Positions 16,310 to 24,771 of a stretch of 42,298 nt of DNA are shown here, piece by piece (within the stretch, counting starts at the first letter, position 1; each line of letters begins with the position of its first letter). Below the pieces are notes generated by a model. That model made no database searches, had not been told where the DNA came from, and saw nothing but the letters and a program-made list of their open reading frames with translations. A program made the position numbers and the translations under genes. This stretch comes from Acidobacteriota bacterium (lineage in GTDB: Bacteria; Acidobacteriota; Thermoanaerobaculia; Multivoradales; JAHZIX01), in NCBI GenBank assembly GCA_020439725.1, contig JAGQSE010000170.1, forward strand, positions 1-42,298. The letters run 5' to 3'.

Positions 16310-17407
16310 TTGGGGGGGCAGGCCAATGCTAGTTGCTGCCGCTGGAAACGAGCTAGTGCAGTGACGCCAGGTGAAAGGCCTGCTTCGCGGTCAACCCTAG
16401 CTTCCTTCCAGGTGTTGCGCGCAGTGGTGGTTAGGTGCTTCGACTTGGGTGTTGCCTGCCGCCTGGTGACGCTGGGTCTGCTGATTGCGTCAAGCTCTGT
16501 GGCGGCAGCCAGTAGAGTGCAGCCGGATCCCACGAAGGACGAGTTGACGAAAGCCTTCCGTCAAGCCAAGTGCAGCGAAGGAGACGGGCAGGCGATCGCG
16601 AGGCTAGAAGCAGAAATTGAGAACGTCGAGGCTGATTCAGCACACAGAATCTACGCGGTTCAGCTCTCGGGAGACTTGGCCCTGGAGAGGCGGAAACTAT
16701 ATCGGGAAGACTACTTCATGCAATTGGTTGGGCGATCCTTGTACAGCGAATCGCTCCGGCCACTAATGGGCTCTGCCTTCCTGCAAGTTTCGCGGCTCTC
16801 GGTAGCAAGCCTCCGCGATCTGCCCGCTCAGGAGGAGAGGTTGGTTGCCCTTCTTCAAGCTCGCTTAGCTGGCTCTTCAATGGAGCAGACGCGGGACTGG
16901 GCTGCTGACGAGCTCTGCAACATGGGGTCAGCTAGAGCGCCTGAGGCACTTCGCGCAAGGCTTGGAAAGCGCATGGATCGAACGCAGGAGGCTGAGTATC
17001 ACCTCTGTGAGCACAAGGTAGAACTCTTGAGGAAGTATCAGAATCCCAGCGAGGCATTCTTGGGAGCGCTTTCGGAGGTTGGGGCGTCGACATGGGAAGA
17101 GCTTGGCCCTCGATTCGCTGGGGAGCTTCAGCGCTGGGCCATCGATGGTCTCCTAGAGCTAGACTCAAAGCTCGGCGAGAAGGAGTTGTTAGCTATAGCA
17201 GGCGACCAAAGCTGGAGGTCAAGCGCACGCGAGCAAGCGATACGAAAGCTCCATGACCTTGGCTTTCAATACGAAGCTCTGATCGAGGCCGGGGTTGAGC
17301 CAATAGTTCTCGTCCGGCAGCGTATCCATCCGATGCGCTACTACCAAGATCGGGGTCTGCCCATCGATCCTTGCGCAAGGATGATTCCCGTGACTCCGGA
17401 GGAGTAA
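16310..17407 (+). CDS. secreted alpha-helical (HEAT/ARM-like) repeat protein
   Basis: The ORF track gives 365 aa. A more plausible start is GTG 16412, which gives the signal peptide (M)LRAVVVRCFDLGVACRLVTLGLLIASSSVAAAS. The rest is predicted helical by composition. No catalytic motif recognised. Confidence 0.6.
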   Translation: MGGQANASCCRWKRASAVTPGERPASRSTLASFQVLRAVVVRCFDLGVACRLVTLGLLIASSSVAAASRVQPDPTKDELTKAFRQAKCSEGDGQAIARLEAEIENVEADSAHRIYAVQLSGDLALERRKLYREDYFMQLVGRSLYSESLRPLMGSAFLQVSRLSVASLRDLPAQEERLVALLQARLAGSSMEQTRDWAADELCNMGSARAPEALRARLGKRMDRTQEAEYHLCEHKVELLRKYQNPSEAFLGALSEVGASTWEELGPRFAGELQRWAIDGLLELDSKLGEKELLAIAGDQSWRSSAREQAIRKLHDLGFQYEALIEAGVEPIVLVRQRIHPMRYYQDRGLPIDPCARMIPVTPEE

Positions 17408-17504
17408 TGACAGGGTTGAGAGATAGGAGTGGGCGGAAGCGGGGCCTGGGACTCTTGACTCGGAGCCTACTGGAAGCGCTGGTGGTGTGGAACGGGAGAG
17501 AGAA

Positions 17505-20500
17505 ATGATGAGGCTCAGACGGAAGCAGACTCTCGCTGGGGGGCTCCTCGCCCTCTGCCTCGCATCAAGCGCAGCTGCCCAGCTCGACTCCTCCTGCCTC
17601 ATCAGTGCGCTCAATCGCACGGCTCCGGTCGAGGCGGATGGCACCTGGGTGCTCCCGAACGTCCCGGCGAATCTGGGGAAGGTGAGGCTACGGGCGACGT
17701 GTATTCGGGACGGAGTCGTCACCACCGGTCAGTCGGACTTCATCGAGGTGCCGGCGAACGGGGTCATCGAAGTAGCCGAGATCCGCTTCGACGTGACCGA
17801 GCCGGTGCCGGAGCGACTCGTGCTCAGTGCGCCGACTACTTCCTTGACCTCGGTCGGCCAGACCGTCCAGCTCACCGCGACAGCGGCCTACCCCGGCGGT
17901 AGTCAAGTGGACGTGACCGCGGCATCCGCCGGGACGACCTATCGGTCCAGCATGGCTACGGTGGCGAGCGTGGACGCCGACGGTCTCTTGACCGCGGCAG
18001 CCAGCGGCACGGTTTTGGTGAGTGCCGTCAATGAAGGGGCGTTGGGGCTCTTGCAGCTCTCGGTCGTGCTCTCGGGAGACAGCGACGGCGATGGTTTGCC
18101 GGACGACTTCGAGCTGGCGAACGGGCTCGATCCGAACAACCCGGACGATGCTCTTCTCGACCATGATCAGGATGGGCTCTCGACCTTAGAGGAGTTCCAG
18201 CAGGGGCTCGATCCGTTTGACAGCGACACCGACGACGATCAGTTGCTCGATGGCGCCGAGGTGGGGACCTGGGGAACCAACCCCCTCCTCTTCGACACCG
18301 ACGGGGACGGACTCTCGGATGGGCTTGAGGTAGCCACGGGGAGCGATCCGCTGGACCGGCTGAGCTTCAATCTCGCCGCGGCGCTCGAAGGGATCGAGGT
18401 GGCGCCCGAGAGCTTCACGATCATTTACAACACGGTCCTTGGGGAGGCGTCCCGCCAGCTCACGGTGACCGGGCAGCTCATCGATGGCAACCAGCTCGAC
18501 ATCACGTCGGACTTCTATGGAACGTCCTACACCTCCAACGATCTCTTTGTCGCCAACTTCGGAGCGGACCCGGGGCGTATCTTCGCCGGGGAGGACGGTG
18601 TCACGACGATCACCGCGGCGTGTAGCGGCTTCAGCGCCCAAGCTACCGTGACGGTAGAGAGCTTCGCGCCGATCGCGTTGTCGTTCTTGCCCTTGGGCGG
18701 AAGGCCCCGAGCGGTAGCGTTGGATGGCGCTCACGCCTATGTCGCGATGGGGCCGGTAGGCCTCAAGATCGTCGATGTCAGTGATCCGGAGCTCCCGTTC
18801 GAGGTGTCGAGGCTATATCTGTACTCCGAGCCGCCGTTCCGGGAGTATCGCGTCGTTTCCTCCGTGGCGGTACAGGATGGGCTGGCCTATGTGGGGGCGA
18901 ACGGTCTCGCGGTGATCGATGTCGCCGTGCCGACGGCTCCGACTCAGCTCTCGTATCTGTCCATCCCCACCATTTCTGTGGAAGCGATAGCCGTTCGGGG
19001 TGATCGGGTCCTCGCCGGTGGCTATGGCTCTCTCGGCGAACCAGGCGCGCTCGCCTTGATCGATGTCAGCGATGCGCTTTCGCCGGTGCTGCTGGGAGCG
19101 GTCGCGTTGCCCGGCAAGGTCGAGGATGTGGTCTTTTTCGGTTCGTACGCGGTGGTTACGACCGGCTTCACTGGCGTTCAGGTGGTCGATCTTCAGGACG
19201 AGACCTCGCTCGAGGTCGTCGGGTCGACTGATACCCGTTCCGGAGGACGCTCCAATGCCTCTGGGCTGGCCATGGCTGGTCAGCAGGTTCTGGTGGCCGA
19301 TGGTGGCCGCTATGGGGACCCGGGCACGCAGCTCGGCGGGCTTCGCGTCGTCGATCTGGCGGATCCGGCGAACCCGGCCTTGGTCGGGAGCACTAGCGAT
19401 CGCTTCGGTCTGACCGGTGTCGCCTGGGATGGCACGCTGGCGCTGACCGCGGACTACTTCTTCGCAAACGGGGTGCCCGTTTTCCGTCCGGCGGAGCCTT
19501 CGCCGCTATGGACCGGCTTGGTGGACTTCTCACAGCCGCCCATTGGAGGAAGCGGAAACGGAATCGACTTGGCAGTGAGTGGTGGGCTGGTCTACCTGGC
19601 AGGTGCGCGGGGAGCAACCGGTCCAGGCGGTCTGTACATCGGTCGCTACCTCATTCCCTTCGACGGCGAGGGGATTGCGCCCTCTGTAGCCTTTACGGCC
19701 CCAACCGAGGGGACGCTCGTGCCCGAGCGAGAGTGGGTGCAGGTGGCCGCAGAGGCGAGCGATGACATCTTCGTCCAGTCAGTGACATTCTCGGTCGATG
19801 GTCAAGCCGTCCGGGAGGACTTCGCGGCGCCGTATGGTGTGCGCATCCCCGTGCCCGCCGGTGTGTCCTCTCTGACCGTGACAGCGCAGGCCCGAGACGC
19901 CGGTGGCAACGTGTCTTCCGTGGCAGCTCTCGAGCTGGCCGTCGAGCCCAACAGCGCGCCGACCGCAGCCATTCTTGCGCCGCCCGAGGGGCTCGAGGTC
20001 CAGATCGGCGAACAGGTCGCTGCCGCGGTACATGCGACCGACGACGTGGGGGTCGACCGTGTGGAGTTCTTCGTCGATGGAGCGCTGGTGGCGACGGATG
20101 ATCGTGGTCCTTCGTACGGGGCGGTTCTGAACCTCGGCTCGACCGCGGGGACCCACCAGCTCACCGCGCTCGCCTATGACGACGTAGGGCCTTCAGAGAC
20201 CGCAGGTCCGGTATCGCTAGTCGTGGTGCCCGATGATCCACCGGAGGCCCGAGTGGTCGCGCCGGCAGATGGCACCGAAGTGATCGCCTACTCCTTGCTC
20301 GAGGTCGTCGCGGGCGCCAGCGACGCGGTGGGGATCGACCGCGTGAGCTTCTATCAGGATGGCGCGCTCGTAAGCACGGACCAGGCGGGGCCGGACTACC
20401 GGACAGCCTTGGCGGTGCCAGGACCGGGTGTCACTCTGAATCTGTGGGTGGTCGTCCGCGATACGGCGGGCCAGGAAACGATGTCCGAGGTCAACCAGGT

Positions 20501-21401
20501 GACCGTGGTCGCCGATCCGCTGACGTCGGCAACAGGGTTGGTTTTGGGTCCCACGGGCGAAGCCTTCGCCGGTGCGACGGTTTCTGCCGTCACGCTCGAA
20601 GGGACGCAGGTGACGGGCTTGACCGATGGTAGCGGCCTCTTCCTCTTGGAAGACGTTCCCGCCGCCCAAGGGGATCTCTCGATCTCGTCCATCGCGCTCG
20701 AGGCGGGCGAGGAGCTGCGCGCCAGCCTCCCCGACCCGATCGCGCCCTTCCCGGGCGATGTCGTCGATGTGGGCGTCCTCCTTCTGGACTACTCCGCGCT
20801 GGGGACGCTCGTGCGGGGTGTGGTCGAGGACGACCTGGGGAATCCGGTACCCGATGCTCAGGTAGGGTTACACGACCGGTTCGTTCGTCAGGAGACCACA
20901 ACTGACAGTGCGGGTGAGTTCGTCTTCACGCGCTTCCCGGTCTACCCGGGGAGCCAGTTCTTCCTGTCTGCCGAAGCGACGCTCAGCACCGTCGTCCATA
21001 CGGGAAAGCTGCCCAATGTTTTCCCCAACCCGATCGGGGATACCGATGTAGGAGCGATCACTCTGGCGCCAGAGGCCGGAGGGGATCCGCTGACGGCCGC
21101 GACCGGGATCGTTCTCGATCAGGCCGGTGAACCGGTGCCGGACTTCGAGGTCGTCGTTTCCTCGGATACGGCCTTTGTCGTGACCCTCACGGATGCGAGT
21201 GGTCAGTACACCGTACCGGCCCTGCCCGCTCTCGATGGTGGCCTCGTCGCTGCGGCCAGTGGCATCGCAGACGGCCGATCCTACCGGGAGACGACAAGCC
21301 CAGCGTCACCCGTGCCTGGCGGAACGACCGTGCTCGACACGTTGTTCCCCTTCGGTGAAGGCGGCGGCGGGGAGGGGGTCTCCGGAAGCCCGACCGACTG
21401 A
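17505..21401 (+). CDS. giant secreted protein (about 1298 aa): Big_2, thrombospondin type-3-like Ca-binding repeats, LVIVD repeats, Ig-like and CarboxypepD_reg-like domains
   Basis: GGGAGAG precedes ATG 17505/17508. The signal peptide is MMRLRRKQTLAGGLLALCLASSAAAQ. D-rich repeats read DSDGDGLPDDFE...DHDQDGL...DSDTDDD...DTDGDGLSDGLE. LVIVD-type strands include LKIVDVSDPELP, LAVIDVAVPTAP, LALIDVSDALSP, VQVVDLQDETS and LRVVDLADPANP. Three VxFxVDG-type Ig modules are followed by regulatory-like beta-sandwich segments. Confidence 0.85.
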   Translation: MMRLRRKQTLAGGLLALCLASSAAAQLDSSCLISALNRTAPVEADGTWVLPNVPANLGKVRLRATCIRDGVVTTGQSDFIEVPANGVIEVAEIRFDVTEPVPERLVLSAPTTSLTSVGQTVQLTATAAYPGGSQVDVTAASAGTTYRSSMATVASVDADGLLTAAASGTVLVSAVNEGALGLLQLSVVLSGDSDGDGLPDDFELANGLDPNNPDDALLDHDQDGLSTLEEFQQGLDPFDSDTDDDQLLDGAEVGTWGTNPLLFDTDGDGLSDGLEVATGSDPLDRLSFNLAAALEGIEVAPESFTIIYNTVLGEASRQLTVTGQLIDGNQLDITSDFYGTSYTSNDLFVANFGADPGRIFAGEDGVTTITAACSGFSAQATVTVESFAPIALSFLPLGGRPRAVALDGAHAYVAMGPVGLKIVDVSDPELPFEVSRLYLYSEPPFREYRVVSSVAVQDGLAYVGANGLAVIDVAVPTAPTQLSYLSIPTISVEAIAVRGDRVLAGGYGSLGEPGALALIDVSDALSPVLLGAVALPGKVEDVVFFGSYAVVTTGFTGVQVVDLQDETSLEVVGSTDTRSGGRSNASGLAMAGQQVLVADGGRYGDPGTQLGGLRVVDLADPANPALVGSTSDRFGLTGVAWDGTLALTADYFFANGVPVFRPAEPSPLWTGLVDFSQPPIGGSGNGIDLAVSGGLVYLAGARGATGPGGLYIGRYLIPFDGEGIAPSVAFTAPTEGTLVPEREWVQVAAEASDDIFVQSVTFSVDGQAVREDFAAPYGVRIPVPAGVSSLTVTAQARDAGGNVSSVAALELAVEPNSAPTAAILAPPEGLEVQIGEQVAAAVHATDDVGVDRVEFFVDGALVATDDRGPSYGAVLNLGSTAGTHQLTALAYDDVGPSETAGPVSLVVVPDDPPEARVVAPADGTEVIAYSLLEVVAGASDAVGIDRVSFYQDGALVSTDQAGPDYRTALAVPGPGVTLNLWVVVRDTAGQETMSEVNQVTVVADPLTSATGLVLGPTGEAFAGATVSAVTLEGTQVTGLTDGSGLFLLEDVPAAQGDLSISSIALEAGEELRASLPDPIAPFPGDVVDVGVLLLDYSALGTLVRGVVEDDLGNPVPDAQVGLHDRFVRQETTTDSAGEFVFTRFPVYPGSQFFLSAEATLSTVVHTGKLPNVFPNPIGDTDVGAITLAPEAGGDPLTAATGIVLDQAGEPVPDFEVVVSSDTAFVVTLTDASGQYTVPALPALDGGLVAAASGIADGRSYRETTSPASPVPGGTTVLDTLFPFGEGGGGEGVSGSPTD

Positions 21402-21421
21402 AGTCGTGAGAGGATCGAGCG

Positions 21422-22279
21422 ATGGATGCTCGAGACGCTCTTCACCGTCTGCTCGAACGAGGTCCGCGGTCGCTTGCTGACGCGGAGCTCCTCGCCGTGA
21501 TTCTCGGGAACCGCTCGGAGATGCCGGAGGCTGTCGCGGAGAGTCTCCTCGCGGGCCCCGATGCCTGGTCGGAGCTGGTACTGGCGGGCGAGAACCTGCT
21601 GGAACGCGACGGTCTGAATGCGGCCGAGGCCGCGATGGTCATGGCGACTCTCGAGCTCGGACGCCGGCTCGCGGAACGGCGCATCCCCAAGCGGCGGCCG
21701 CTCTCGCAGCCCAAAGCCCTCGTCACCTATCTCGACCTCCGCTATGGCTATCGCGACCAGGAAGTCCTTGGCGCTCTCTACCTCGATGCCCGGCACCGCC
21801 TGCTCAGCGAAATGGAGATTTTCCGGGGGACGCTCAACCGCATGAGCGTCGAGCCCGGCCCCATTCTCCGGAAGGGGCTACTTCAGGGAGCTGCGAGCGT
21901 GGTCATCTTCCACACCCACCCGAGTGGCAACCCCACCGCGAGCGCCGCCGATGTCGCGTTCACCCGGCGGCTGGCGCAGTCCGCGGACATCGTGGGACTC
22001 CGGCTGCTCGATCATCTGATCCTGGGGCGTGGTGGCCGTTGGATGTCGCTCCTCAAGCGCTCGTGGGTCGACGGGTATCAGCGGAAGCGGCGGCCCCGCG
22101 TCGAGACGTCCCGCCGGGTCAAGCCGAAGTACCGTCACCCGGAGACGGGCGAGACCTGGGCGGGATGCGGAAGCATGGCGCGGTGGTTGCGGCTCGAGCT
22201 GGAGGCAGGCCGTTCGCTCGAGGAGTTCCTCGTGGGCGACGAGGGCAAGGAAGCTGTCGCGCGGGCGCTTCCGGGCTAG
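21422..22279 (+). CDS. radC: RadC-family JAB/MPN domain protein fused to a C-terminal H-NS-type DNA-binding domain
   Basis: The N-terminal LADAELLAVILG is the RadC HhH-type start. The JAMM motif is VIFHTHPSGNPTASAADVAFT (HTHPSG at 21911-21928). The C-terminal KPKYRHPETGETWAGCGSMARWLRLELEAGRSLEEFLV (22118-22234) matches the H-NS C-terminal pattern KYR.P.TG.TW.GRGR.P.W......G.SL..FLI. Confidence 0.85.
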   Translation: MDARDALHRLLERGPRSLADAELLAVILGNRSEMPEAVAESLLAGPDAWSELVLAGENLLERDGLNAAEAAMVMATLELGRRLAERRIPKRRPLSQPKALVTYLDLRYGYRDQEVLGALYLDARHRLLSEMEIFRGTLNRMSVEPGPILRKGLLQGAASVVIFHTHPSGNPTASAADVAFTRRLAQSADIVGLRLLDHLILGRGGRWMSLLKRSWVDGYQRKRRPRVETSRRVKPKYRHPETGETWAGCGSMARWLRLELEAGRSLEEFLVGDEGKEAVARALPG

Positions 22280-22391
22280 GAGCCAGGTCGCCTGCGAGGG
22301 CTTTGCTAAAATCCCTGGAAAGTCGAGTGGCCTGCCGCCTCGACGGCGCGCTGTCTGCCTCGAAGGCGGGATGGCGCAGGAGGAAGCCTCT

Positions 22392-22733
22392 ATGAGCTCC
22401 ATCGTCGTCACCTTCCCCGAGACCGCCACGGTGCCGGAAGAGCTGCGGAACGACCCCGAGCGTACACGCTACCTGATCGTGGGGAGCCTGTACCAGCAGG
22501 GACATATCTCCCGCAGGCAGGCGGCTGAGCTGGCCGGCGACGCCGAGGTGGTGTTCGCCGCGAAGATGAAGCAATACGGCTTCCAGCCTCTTGGTGAGCT
22601 CGACTCGGAAGCCTCCGTTGCGCGAGGGACCCGCTGGCAGGCTCTCGCTGAGCGTCTTGCTGGCGAGGGATTCCTCGATGGCCTCTCTGACGACGCTGAG
22701 GAACTCCTCGGTCAGGTTCGCTTGGCACTGTAA
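22392..22733 (+). CDS. UPF0175-family antitoxin-like protein
   Basis: AGGAGG lies 8 nt before ATG 22392. The sequence YLIVGSLYQQGHISRRQAAELAGDAEVVFAAKMKQYGF fits the UPF0175 pattern (A..LY..G.IS.G.AAELAG......F...L...G). The stop is 8 nt before the PIN gene. Confidence 0.65.
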   Translation: MSSIVVTFPETATVPEELRNDPERTRYLIVGSLYQQGHISRRQAAELAGDAEVVFAAKMKQYGFQPLGELDSEASVARGTRWQALAERLAGEGFLDGLSDDAEELLGQVRLAL

Positions 22734-22741
22734 CGCCCGAC

Positions 22742-23200
22742 GTGTCCCTGTACCTCCTCGACGGCAACGTCCTGACGGCGCCGGAAGACCGCGCCAAGCC
22801 TCATTTCGAGACAGTTCGGCGGCGTCTCGGCGGTCTCGCGGCGACGGACCGGGTCGGTATCTCGGTCGTGTCGGCCTACGAATACGAACACGGAATCGCC
22901 AAGGCTCAGGGAGGTTTGCAGGAAGCCCTGCGGCGTACCTGGGCGACCTTCCTGGACGTCTTCGAGATCCTGCCGCTGTCGCTCAGCGGTGCGCGGCGCT
23001 ATGGCGAGCTCCGGTCCCGCTACGAGCAGAGCGTCGGTAGCACTTCGAAAGCTGCCAGCCGCCACACGTCGGACTTCCTCCTCGCCGCCACCGCTCTCGA
23101 CCTCGAGGCGATTCTGGTGAGCGGTGACCAGCTCTTCTCGAAGCTGCGCGAGCTAGAGCCGCAGCTGCGCGTCGAGGATTGGCGGAGCTCCATCGAGTAG
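22742..23200 (+). CDS. vapC: PIN-domain (VapC-like) toxin
   Basis: The gene has a GTG start. LYLLDGNVL carries the first conserved Asp. YEYEHG, SDFLLAATAL and ILVSGDQLF supply the other acidic positions typical of PIN nucleases. Confidence 0.75.
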   Translation: MSLYLLDGNVLTAPEDRAKPHFETVRRRLGGLAATDRVGISVVSAYEYEHGIAKAQGGLQEALRRTWATFLDVFEILPLSLSGARRYGELRSRYEQSVGSTSKAASRHTSDFLLAATALDLEAILVSGDQLFSKLRELEPQLRVEDWRSSIE

Positions 23201-23435
23201 GGACCAAGAATCCCTCTTGTCGCACTGTGAGTTGACGGTGTAGATCGGGGCTTGCCGGCGGGGGAGAGCCGCCGAAACCCGCAGCACCAGAGTCCCGGTC
23301 AAGTAGCCTGCCTTCATCTCTCACCGCTTCCTTCTGCGCTTTCGTTTTCCTCTCCACCTGGCCCGCCTCCTCGGGGCGCCCCTTCGCTGGTTCTTCGGGA
23401 TCTTCCGCTCGCGCCTGCATGGCGACGCGCGTTTC

Positions 23436-24695
23436 ATGCACTCGTGGGAACGCCGCCGCTTTCTTCATCCGCGGCACCGTGGACTCGTGCTGGGGCGCCG
23501 GCAACGCCTGAGCCGGCAGGACTCGTTCAAGAATCTGGTGCTGGTGGCACCGACCGGTTCTGGGAAGACCACCCGCTACGTCATCCCGAATGTCCTCGAG
23601 GTCGAGGGCTCCGTAGTCGTCACCGACCCTTCGGGCGAGATCTACCAGCACACCGCAGGACCGCTTCGCGACCGGGGTTTCGGCATTCAGGTGTTGCAGC
23701 CGGCGCGGCTGGCGGAAAGCGCTCGTTTCAACCCGCTGGCCTGCTGGCGCTCCGCGCAGGAGCTTCGTCAGCTCGCGACGCAGCTGGGCATGGCGACGCA
23801 GGGGCGCTCAGCGGATCCCTTCTGGACAACTTCGGCGATTAACGTGCTCTTCGTTCTGCTCACCGCGCTCTACCATCTCGAAGATCCCCGCCGTCACACC
23901 ATGGGCCATCTTCGCGACCTCCTTAATCGGTGCGGTGCTGCACACTCGAACGACTTCGAGCGCTTCATGGCTCGCTACCTGGCGGATGAGCCGCGAGTCT
24001 GGAGCGAGTACCAGGCCTTCCGGGGCCAAGACCCCAAGGTCGCCGCATCGATCGTGTCCAGCGCCCGCGCCGCGCTGGAGCTGTGGAGCGATCCGGACAT
24101 CTGCGAGCTCACCGGCCAGCACACGATCGACCTCGCAGCGCTTCGACAGGCGCGCACGGCCATCTACCTGATCGTGCCCGAGCACCAGATCCGCTACTTC
24201 GGCCCCCTGCTCAACCTCTTCTACTCCGCATGCTTCAACCACTGCCTGGTGAGCGGAAGAAGCGCCGAGGAGGAGCCGGTCTACTTCCTCCTCGACGAGT
24301 TCGGAAACCTCGGCTACGTCCACAACTTCGCCAGTGTCATCACCACGCTGCGCAAGCGGCGCTGCTCGATCAGCCTGATTCTCCAGGACCTCTCGCAGCT
24401 CCGCGCCACCTATGGCCCCGACGAGGCGCGCACGATCTTCTCCGGCGGGTGCGCGAACAAGCTCTTCTATGGCGGCCTCGACCTCGAGACCGCCGAGTAC
24501 GTCGAACGCGCCCTCGGCAAGCGCACCGAGTACGACACGGTCTTCGGGGGGATCAGTGACCGGGCGCGGACGGTGGCTGTTCCGCTGATGACGGCGGATC
24601 AGGTGCGGAGGATGCGGTGGGGGGAGGCGGTGTTGTTGTCGGGAAAGGAGCGGCCGGTATGGCTGCGGTTCGATACCAAATGGACATGGGCTTGA
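23436..24695 (+). CDS. TraG/VirD4-type type IV coupling protein ATPase lacking the N-terminal transmembrane region
   Basis: 419 aa. Walker A is LVLVAPTGSGKT followed by VVTDPSGEIY. Walker B is YFLLDEFGNLG. The sequence continues TTLRKRRCSISLILQDLSQLRATYG and ends PLMTADQVRRM...AVLLSGKERPVW. The in-frame upstream sequence back to a TAG at 23304 has no ATG, GTG or TTG and no TM-like stretch. Confidence 0.85.
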   Translation: MHSWERRRFLHPRHRGLVLGRRQRLSRQDSFKNLVLVAPTGSGKTTRYVIPNVLEVEGSVVVTDPSGEIYQHTAGPLRDRGFGIQVLQPARLAESARFNPLACWRSAQELRQLATQLGMATQGRSADPFWTTSAINVLFVLLTALYHLEDPRRHTMGHLRDLLNRCGAAHSNDFERFMARYLADEPRVWSEYQAFRGQDPKVAASIVSSARAALELWSDPDICELTGQHTIDLAALRQARTAIYLIVPEHQIRYFGPLLNLFYSACFNHCLVSGRSAEEEPVYFLLDEFGNLGYVHNFASVITTLRKRRCSISLILQDLSQLRATYGPDEARTIFSGGCANKLFYGGLDLETAEYVERALGKRTEYDTVFGGISDRARTVAVPLMTADQVRRMRWGEAVLLSGKERPVWLRFDTKWTWA

Positions 24696-24712
24696 AGGTG
24701 CTCCAGAAAGCA

Positions 24713-24750
24713 AGAGCCGAGAGCAACCTATTCAGATCGCCCTCGGCTCT
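24713..24750. terminator. hairpin between convergent genes (possible bidirectional terminator)
   Basis: AGAGCCGAG (24713-24721) pairs with CTCGGCTCT (24742-24750) as a 9-bp perfect inverted repeat. The loop is 20 nt and there is no U-run. It lies between the T4CP stop (24695) and the giant-gene stop (24772). Confidence 0.3.
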
Positions 24751-24771
24751 CGTCGACTTCAGGGATTGGGA

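Noticed and set aside
22029-22391. Upstream extension of the antitoxin ORF (track start 22029) overlapping radC. The nested ORF 22039-22395 is the same case.
   Set aside because: The extension is Arg/Ser/Gly-rich and lies within the RadC/H-NS coding region in another frame. An AGGAGG SD precedes ATG 22392.
23808-24713. 301-aa minus-strand ORF antisense to the TraG/VirD4-like gene
   Set aside because: The plus-strand frame carries Walker A/B and T4CP motifs. The antisense translation is featureless and Arg/Ala/Glu-rich.
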